The position numbers and the translations under genes are program-made. This document shows, in pieces, positions 54,346 to 64,000 of a stretch of 64,000 bases of DNA; within the stretch, counting starts at the first letter, position 1; each line of letters opens with the position of its first letter. The notes under the pieces were generated by a model. The model was not told where the DNA came from. It worked only from the letters and a program-made list of their open reading frames with translations, and ran no database searches. Origin of the DNA: Eledone cirrhosa (taxonomy: Eukaryota). The stretch is from positions 337,528,001 to 337,592,000 of the forward strand of contig OZ024741.1 of NCBI GenBank assembly GCA_964016885.1. Reading direction: 5' to 3'.

Positions 54346-54505
54346 ATATAACTGCTCTGTAGAACAACTGATGTTATTACATTGAGCTATTTATCTTACT
54401 GGTAATAAGGTAGTAATAAATTACTGTCTTTCACTGTTTAGGGTTTAAAATATATATAACTATAAAAGGTTTTATTATATACATAACCATAAATAGTATC
54501 GTTAA

Positions 54506-54547
<42 letters not shown>

Positions 54548-54655
54548 GTATAACACTGGAAGATAATATCCATAGTGGTAGAGCACTCAGTCCATGGGAC
54601 GAGTTTGGTAGAAGTAGTTCCACATCAGTTAGTTCACAGTTATACCATTATCAGT

Positions 54656-54696
54656 CTGAGCTGAAGATCTGCATAAGGTGAAATAATTGTTCTCAG
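54656..54696 (+). ncRNA. Type I hammerhead-like motif preceded by an inverted copy of its own tail
   Basis: CTGAG-CTGAAGA-TCTGCATAAGGT-GAAA-TAATTG-TT-CTCAG; perfect 5-bp stem I. Confidence 0.65.
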
Positions 54697-55149
54697 CATG
54701 GTGAACTAACTGTTGTGTTACTACTTATATATATATAGTAATAATAATAAATATGAAGACTAAAATCCAAAGAGGTCTCGATTCTTTGCTTAAACTTTAA
54801 TCTGTTATTTTAATAAATATATATATATATATACATATATATAATGTAAAATATAAATATATAAAACTATCAGCTTGTTGACCAATAACCCCTTGATGCA
54901 AGAAGGTGCTAAACCACCCAGCAGAGAGAACCCACATAGATATTGTTACTGGTACAACAATTTTGATATCTTACACAAAAAACTTATAGAATATAGAATA
55001 TAAAATCAGTTAGAACAATTAAATATTACTTACTTTATACTAGTAATATACAGTTCAAATACATGCTCTTCCCCAGTCCCCTCCTCTCTCTCTCCCTATA
55101 TATATATATATCCAGAGGTTATATTTAATTTGTTGGGATTCAACAAGCT

Positions 55150-58100
55150 TAAAAAGAGCAACCAATGATGACCTTGAAAAACTAAATACTGAAGCTTCTT
55201 ATATAATGCAGGAATTAGGCATCGAAAATAGGACTCAACCCTTCATACCTAGGAAACCAAAAATTAATCTGAAGGACCATAAAATAAATTTTAAAATTGA
55301 ATTACCAGTTAGATTGATTGCACTATCTAAATCGGACCTTGGCATACTTAGCAAGAATATTTTAGATAGAATCATACCACAACTTAAGGAAATATCTTAT
55401 TTAAAATGATGGAATGGGACTAATGAAGTTATTGACTGGTTTAAGGACATTAAATATAAACATAACAATAAATTCATTCAATTGGATAATATTAATTATT
55501 ACTCATCCATCACTCCTAATCTACTTAATAAAGCCCTTACATATGCATTTAAATATACAGAAATAACTAGCAATGACATGCACATTATATTAACTGCACG
55601 TAAAACATTAATTAAATTTAGCAACCACCTTTGGACTGGAACAGACAGGGATAACAATTTCGATATCACTATGGGGTCATCGGACTCGGCGCAATTAACG
55701 GATCTTGTTGGGCTTTTTATTAACAATACTTTACATAGGAAAATACCGGAGATGACCGGTGGTTTATATCGTGACGATATGCTATTACTTATTGAAAATA
55801 ATAATAATTGTGAAATAAATAGGAAAAGAAAAGAAATATACAATTTTTTAATAGCGTTAATCTTAAAGTAGAAGTAGAGAATAATTATAAAATAGTTAAT
55901 TTTTTAGATGTAACTTTAAACCTTAACACTGGTTTTTATTGTCCATTTCATAAAATAAACGAGAATTTAAACTATGTTAACTTTAATTCCAATCACCCCA
56001 TATCCGTTAAAAACACTATTGTACATTCTGTGCAGCACGTATTTCTAGAATTTCAGCGAATAAAAATATATTTGAAGATAAGGCACAATATTATAACGAA
56101 GCGTTAGGTAGAGTAGGCTATAGTAATGAAATTAAATACATTGACAATAAGGATGTGCCAATTAACCATAACTATAAATATAATTATAATAGAAAACCTT
56201 GCACTAACTCGAAAACCAAAAGAAAAAAATAGAACTAAAAATATATTATGGTTCGCTCCCCCTTGCTCATTAAGTATTAAAACTCCTATTGCTAAATTAT
56301 TCTTTAAAGCTCTAGATAGGTGCTTTCCTAAGATACACAGGTATTACTCAATCTTTAATAGACATACTATTAAACTCTCATATTCCACCATTTAGCGCAG
56401 AATATTAATAGAATTAATAATAGAAACTTAAAACCTAACCAGAATAGCATTAATACCCCTAGCAAGATCCAATATAATGTTACGGCTCCCAATAATATAA
56501 ATTTAGATAAATGTAATTGTAGAAATAAATCTAACTGTCCTCTAAACAATAATTGTTTAGTTAAAAATATAGTATACAATTGTAATGTCAAAACAAATTA
56601 AAACTCCTTTAACTATGTCGGCTCTACTTCCACAGACTTCAAATATCGTTTTAATAACCATAAATGTTCCTTTACTAATATTGGTAAAAATCTTCAACTT
56701 CTCTATCTAACTTATTATGGGACTTGAAATCCAAGAATATTAACTATTCTTTACTTTGGAAAATTATTTCCAAAGCTCCTTCATACACTGCTTTATCCCA
56801 AAATTGCTTACTTTGCGTTGAAGAAATATTCTTTATACTAAAAAGTAAGAACTCTATTAATTTGAGAAATAATTTATTTAGTTCCTGCAAACATCATTTA
56901 AATATATATATAAAATGTAATATATGATTTATCTCCTTTACATAATGTCTTCTATATCTAGATATGATTAATATATTTAATTTACTTTCTATTATCTCTA
57001 CCTCACATACATATACTATATACTTTTTATTATTACACCTATCGATAGATTATACATTTTTTTTATATGACTGCTTGAAACTCCTTTAAGAAAATTTTTT
57101 CATTGAAAAACTTACGGAAGGTTTTAAGAAAAATCTTTTGAAAATTCCTTTGAAAGATATAGAAAAACCATTATTTTCATACCTTCCAATATTTTTATAT
57201 GTTTATATCTTCAAACGTGTTTAATATATATATCCAAATGTTTATATATATGTGGAAAAACATATGATTTTTATATATAGGTTTTTTTATATATATGTGG
57301 AATAACCCATGGTTTATGCTTTAAATATATTCTTAAGATACATTTTTTTTTATTTTTTAACTTTATAGCAAGTAAATTTATGACTTCGTATAAAATAACA
57401 TATGGTTCATGTTTTAACTATATTCTTAAGATAAAAAAAAATGTTTAACTTTTTAACTTTATAACATTTAATCCTTAGAGCCATCTGAGTTCTTAAACAA
57501 TCACTTCTAACTTCCTTTACACTTTCTTACTGTTTTTATAATATAATTAAGTGGTTATTCCTTTGTAAACTCTCGTCAATTTTTCATAAATTTAGAATTA
57601 TTTGGATGTTTAAACTTTGACTTACAACTTTTAATAAAATAAACTATACTAGATTTGCTCTAATGTAAAATACTATATATTTACTTAAATAATTTATAAT
57701 CCTTAACATACACATTTAAACTAATTATTAATATTAAATTATTAAATTAAATCTTTAATATTAAGGGAAATTTTAATCTTTAATTTTGATTTCTAATTTT
57801 TAATTTTAATCTAATTTTTCAACCTATAAGTATTATAATCAAAACGTAATGAACCCTGCATTATAAATATTATTCTTCCACGTTAATCTCATTTCTTCTT
57901 TCACTTAGATATACTTACGCTGTGTATATTTATCCTTTGAAACTTATTTCTTCATGCACTCTATTTTCACTATCAATATATATAATCGTTCTTTCTTTCC
58001 TCTTCAATCATTCTCCTTTCTTTTTTCCTTTTTCTCTCTCCCTTACATATCATCTTCTTCCAACAGTTTAATTAAATAAACCGTTATCTTTTCAACCTTT

Positions 58101-58345
58101 CGGACACCCATTTGCATACTCACTCATAACTTTGTATCACCCTCAATAAATGTACTATCTCCACTATCCAGGAAGCTCCAACCGTTAAGGTTGTCTTTTT
58201 TTCCGGGTATGTCAATATTTATTTATAAAACAAATCTGTATTTTATCTGATGAAAGCGCACCATAATTTGCCTTAGCTGCCCTTGAAATATGTATAATAA
58301 AATAAATATGGTTTTATAAATATAGTTTCCATTTATTAATATATT
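55150..58345 (+). mobile_element. Naiad-like Penelope element, 5'-truncated and decayed, with long AT-rich 3' UTR
   Basis: NLKDHK, RLIALSKSDLG, FDITMGSSDSAQ, GGLYRDD, VNFLDVTL, ILWFAPP, CNCRNKSNCPL, YVGST, NCLLC, SCKH; stops and frameshifts; HHR at the far 3' end. Confidence 0.88.
58239..58304 (+). ncRNA. Type I hammerhead ribozyme at Naiad-like PLE 3' end
   Basis: TATTTTAT-CTGATGA-AAGCGCA...TGCCCTT-GAAA-TATGTA-TA-ATAAAATA; perfect 8-bp stem I, AUA site, overlapping AATAAA. Confidence 0.8.
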
Positions 58346-58529
58346 GTATATATATATATATATATTGGTAAAAGGAAAAGAAAATGCTGACAAATTGTTC
58401 CCAGTGAAAAATAGTTTAATTAGGAATAAGTAAAAATTAGTAATAGTATTGGTTTGTATTCAGTTTTGGTTTTAAGTTTTACCGGTTGCGCATTTCTAAT
58501 GCTTTTCAAAAATAATTTTGAGATAATTT

Positions 58530-58582
<53 letters not shown>

Positions 58583-58593
58583 GTGTATATATA

Positions 58594-58711
<118 letters not shown>

Positions 58712-58714
58712 TAT

Positions 58715-58753
<39 letters not shown>

Positions 58754-58758
<5 letters not shown>

Positions 58759-59000
58759 AAAAGAATTTTAAAATGCAACTAGAGTCTTTTAAGAATATTT
58801 ATTTACTTTACCGGTTTCAGTTCATATGATTTTCAAAAGTAAAATTGAGATGGAGGGTTTGTGTTTCTGTTGTGATTTGTCTCACGAAACATGCCACAAA
58901 CTCTCAATTTTAATTTTGATAATCATAAGTACTGCGAAACCGGTAAAGTAAATAAGCATTCTTAAAAGACTCCAGTTGCATTTTCAATTTCTTTTCCTTA
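58754..59000. mobile_element. Fold-back element with U3:A8 HHR-like motif on both arms
   Basis: Arms 58754-58850 and 58902-59000; minus 58802-58843 TTTACTT-TTGAAAA...GAAA-CCGG-TA-AAGTAAA; plus core TTGATAA at 58916-58922. Confidence 0.8.
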
Positions 59001-59038
59001 TATTTTTGCCCGAGTCGGACATTTAAAAAAATTATTTT

Positions 59039-59115
<77 letters not shown>

Positions 59116-60526
59116 TTATTAAAATAACAGATTAAAGTTTAAGCAAAGAATCGCTGCTTTCACCCTTAACGGGATCTTCTGAAACTAACAAAGTTAATCT
59201 GTAAACGCAGAAGTGGATATTTCAAAAAATGTTGCAACCGGAGGAAGACAGGAAGACGATACTTTGGTTCGTGGAAACGTTCGCTGGCTAAGAACGGGAA
59301 AAAACGAATATAATACGTCATTAATAGGAGCGGTGAAAAACAATTATGCGCAAAGACAGAACCACGTTTATGGTATAAAAGAGGTCGTAGACTAATGTTT
59401 TCTTAGGTGGTGCATAGATACGTTCTCTGGCAATGAACGAAAAAAACGAAGATAATACGTCATATGTGGTGCGTGGAGAACAATAGCACGCAAAGACAAA
59501 ACCACGTAAATGGTATAGCAGAAGTCGTAGACTAAATTCAAACTAGGAGACCGAATGAATCTCCGCTACGGAGTTAAGAACAAAGTAAATAAATACAATA
59601 CAGTAATAGAAATAAATAAATACATACACGCAAACAAAAACGTACATACACAAGCATACGCAAAAACTTACCATAGGTAAACAAAACCACGCACATATAA
59701 ATATGTGTGTGTGTGTAAGCGTGTATACAAATAAATAAATAATTATATAAACGTATATAAATAAATAAATACGTATATAACAAGCGCACACACATACCTA
59801 CATGTAAATACACGAATGTTCGGAGACGTAAGACAACCAAAACATGAAGTACACATATACACACACCCTACATACGTACGAACCTGCATACTCACACAGA
59901 CGCAAAACTCCCGTATACACATAGCCCAACCATATGTACCAGAATATATTAAAAAATTATACGCCATAACAATCAAATATACGTACGAGAAGGTATACGT
60001 ACCTTCACAAAACATACGGATAATATATACTTACCTATGCAAATAAGTAAAGGTATAAACAAAACATATACTTAGCTCCCACATCGAGACGTAAAATATC
60101 CACGTATAGATCGTACTATCCGTTAGAGTATAACGTGGGGCTGTAATACAGGAAAGTTTTGTGCAATTTATGTTTACACTGTTATTTTAATAAATATTTG
60201 CTCTATGGTTCTTATATATTCGATATATATTTATCCTTATCGAGCCCTCTTTGGATTTTAGTCTTCAAATTTATTATTATTACTATTTGGCTCCCTCGGT
60301 TGAGCACCCTACTGACTTATATTCATCATGCAGAAACAACATCTGAATATTTCTATAAAGAACATACCCGTACCAAGCAGGAAAACGCAGCGATTCTTTG
60401 CTTAAACTTTAATCTGTTATTTTAATAAATATTTGCTCTACGGTTCTTATATATTTGATATATATTTATCCTTATTTTAGTCTTCAAATTTATTATTATT
60501 ACTATATATATATAAACAATATATAA

Positions 60527-61080
60527 ACGGATGCACCCTAGCCAATTGCCCTATCTGCAGTACTAATTGTTGCCTATATACCTACGTAGTATACAGGCTA
60601 GAATGTAACAAATGCAATCTCTTCTACATAGGCAGCACTATTCGACCGTTACATCTCCATATTAAAGACCATGTTAACACCATCTCCTCTTCCTTCCACA
60701 AACACTTCCCTGCGAAGATGCCTCTCCACAAGCCCCCCCCCCCCCCAACGAAGATAACGGATGCACCCTAGCCAATTGCCCTCTCCGCAACACTGATTGT
60801 TGCCTACATACCTACGTAGTATGCAGGCTAGAATGTAACAAGTGCAATCTATTCTACATAGTCAGCACTATTTGACTGTTACATCTCTGTATTAAAGAGC
60901 ATATTAACACTGACTCCTCTTCCATCATCAAATGTGGAAACCAGGACAACAACATTACCACCACACTCTTAACTACCGAACGCAGTATAAGCACGCTGAG
61001 AATTAAGGAAGCCCTCTTGATCAAGCTATTAAAACCTAGGATCAATAATCAAATGGAAAGAAGTGTACCTGAATGGTTGA
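60527..61080 (+). pseudogene. Tandemly duplicated PLE GIY-YIG fragment
   Basis: CTLANCPIC...VVYRLECNKCNLFYIGSTIRPLH at 60527-60690 and 60757-60920; second copy continues LRIKEALLIKLLKPRIN. Confidence 0.8.
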
Positions 61081-61552
61081 TTTATCCATGATCGGATATT
61101 TCCAAAAAGCGAATGAAACCTCCGAGGGTAGAAACATAATTTTGGTATGTTTATGTACATTTTTTCTTGTAACTTTGATTTTGTACGTAATTGTGTATGG
61201 TTAACTATATGTCTAGTCAATTTCTACGGGCTATTAGAAATACTAGGTAAATCTTCTGTGGCTGTGGATCGCAGATAAAAAGGTATCATTTATTTATCTA
61301 TTATTTCTTCATAGGTATATTTTAAACTTATAGCCTCATTTAATTGATTTTTTATGTGGTTGATTATACTGATTGGGAGAAGAAATACTGTATATATTTT
61401 ATCAAATGATTCTATGGACTTACTTTCTTATATATTGCTCTGATTGTTGATTATTTAATTAATTAATTTGTCATTGAGCCACACTGTGAATGGTTGCCAA
61501 AAACATATATATATATATATGGCTCTGTCTAGTTTATGTATATGTAAACCTC

Positions 61553-61695
<143 letters not shown>

Positions 61696-61704
61696 GAAGG
61701 TGGA

Positions 61705-62030
61705 TCTCTCAGTGGTTAGAGTGTTGAGCTCACAATCATAAAGTTGTGAGTTCGAATCCTGGCCCAGATGGTGAATTGCGTTCTTGAGCAAAACACTTTA
61801 TTTCCTGTTGCTCCAGTTCACTCAACTGTAGAAATGAATTGAGACATTACTGATGCCAAGCTGTATCGGCCATTGCATTTCCCTTGAACAACATTGTGAT
61901 GTGGAGAGGGGATACTGGCATGCATGGGCAACTGGTGGTATTCCACACACACACCTTGCCCAGGCTCATACCTTGGCAGGAAATTTTCTAGGTACAAAAT
62001 CAAGGTCATTAGTGACCAAATGGGGCCTAT
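61705..62030 (+). mobile_element. tRNA-derived SINE, family B
   Basis: TCAGTGGTTAGAG, GAGTTCGAATCC, then core shared with 10885-11200. Confidence 0.78.
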
Positions 62031-63568
62031 ATATACATTAATGATAATTGTAAAGGCTATTTTATTCATAATCTGCTGATAGCCTGTGTTGCATCAGAAA
62101 TGTTTCAAAACAACCTTATTACTTAAGATGCGGTCTGATGAAGTCATGATGACAGTATTACATAATCTTGAATGCCACCACCACTACTACTACTTCTAAT
62201 ATTACCACCACCACCACTACTACTACCATTACCCCCACTACCTCTACTACTATTACCACCACTACAAATATCAATCATCTTCAAGGACACTACTACCAAT
62301 GGATTCCTACAGCAGAGAGCTGATAGAAATAGAAACAATGTCTCCCTCAAAACACATGCTACTATCTTAACTAAAATAAATTCTGTCACAAACCTGGAGG
62401 CTCATCAGGCAAGTGCTTATCCCAGTTTCCATGGCATGAAGTGACAGAGAGTACAAGACATGCCCCTGGACAGGACACCATTGCAGGGCTAAACCCTCCA
62501 GCTATTGCTGGTACTCATTTTTAGCTGAGTATACAAGAGCAACATGAAGTATTTTGCTCAAGAAGTATTTTGCTCAAGAACAAATATGCAACCCAGTCAA
62601 GGAATTGAACCCACCAGGACATTATGATTGTAAGTCCAATACCATTACCACTAGGCCCCACACCTCCACTTATTTTAAATAAGAGAAGGACATATTAGAT
62701 GGAGGGGTTCACTTCTGGGTTTGGTCATTAAGGGCTGACCAAAACCTACAGCAACATCAACCACAACTACAACAATGGTAAGAGCAAAATAACTGACCAA
62801 CAACAACGGCAACAACAGTGACAAGAGCAACATCATCAATAAAAATAACTACAACAATAACAACAAAAATAACAATAACAACAATAACAACAACATCAAT
62901 AACAACAATATCAACAACAACAACAACAACAACATGGGCAAGGGTGGCACCAACAATAACAACAATAGCAATGATATCACAAAATTCCCTTCTTTAAGAG
63001 ATAGTCATTAATATTGTCATTAACTCCCACCACATTCAATCTTACTTTCATCATCATCATTATCATCATAATCATCATCACTAGCAGCAGCAGCAAAAAG
63101 GACATACCAAATTCATTGCCACCACCACCACCACTACCATCATTACCATTACCACTTCCACCACACCCTATACTTCCCAGTAATGCTAATGCCACCACAT
63201 CATCACCCTCTATAATCCCCATTATTGCTTATGTCACCCACCCACCACCACCACCCACCACCACCACCACCACCAGTACCACACTCTAAATTCCCCCTTC
63301 ATCCCCCCTCACTTCCCCTATCACCCCCAACTCCACCGCCACCACCTTTAATGTCCCTTTCCATTTTACATAGACCACCATTAACTGTCAGTTTTAACGC
63401 CCCATTTTCTCTGCTTGTATGTGAAGATAAAGAGGTTTTGCTGAAGGAGGAGTGACTGCAGCTCAGCTGAACCACTCTGATTATTATTAAATCTCTTTGC
63501 TAGAATCTATTCTAAAAGGTTTATCTTTTGTCCTCCTGTGTGGAATATTGACATAAGAACTAGAAGAA

Positions 63569-63624
<56 letters not shown>

Positions 63625-63647
63625 ATGTATATGTATGTATATGTATA

Positions 63648-63694
<47 letters not shown>

Positions 63695-63769
63695 ATACAT
63701 ATATACATATATATGTATATATATATATGTATGTATATATACATATATATAAACATATATACATACATA

Positions 63770-63833
<64 letters not shown>

Positions 63834-64000
63834 CACAAATACATACACATATACATACAAATACATATATATACATACACAAACACACACACACATATAT
63901 ATATGTATATATATACATACACAGACACACATCTATATATAGAAAGAGAGAAAGAAAGAGGGAGGAGAGAGAAAGAACAAAAGCTAGAATGGTAATGGGT

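Noticed and set aside
55400-55415. In-frame TGA as selenocysteine, as reported for some Naiad elements
   Set aside because: The position corresponds to a non-Cys residue (typically Q in NQW), the copy has other lesions, and no SECIS was recognised
61365-61396. HHR remnant TATA-CTGATTG...GAAA-TACTG-TA-TATA
   Set aside because: Core is altered and stem II is absent
62135-62156. CTGATGA-A-GTCA/TGA/TGAC
   Set aside because: Not followed by GAAA or stem III

Overview
AT-rich eukaryotic (animal) DNA made almost entirely of repeats. The (TA)n/(CAT)n/(GA)n density, RTE LINEs and tRNA-derived SINEs resemble a cephalopod (octopus-like) genome; this is an inference. No host exon could be called confidently, and most ORF-track entries are microsatellite translations. 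Contents: one full-length RTE-clade LINE with an open 1039-aa EN-RT ORF, capped by an array of about 8 x 408-bp units; several truncated RTE copies and 3' tails; Penelope-like elements (PLEs) of at least two clades, including a young 370-bp inverted duplication; a non-autonomous Helitron; piggyBac-type MITEs; SINEs; and minisatellites. The most striking signal is about a dozen type I hammerhead ribozyme (HHR) folds, found by eye. They belong to sequence-unrelated small elements in (TA)n tracts, and many lie in near-perfect head-to-head palindromes (about 125-1250 bp) with an outward-facing ribozyme on each strand. Two or three families carry a compensatory U3:A8 core (UUGAWAA) instead of CUGANGA. 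All folds and alignments were done manually and need computational and biochemical confirmation.
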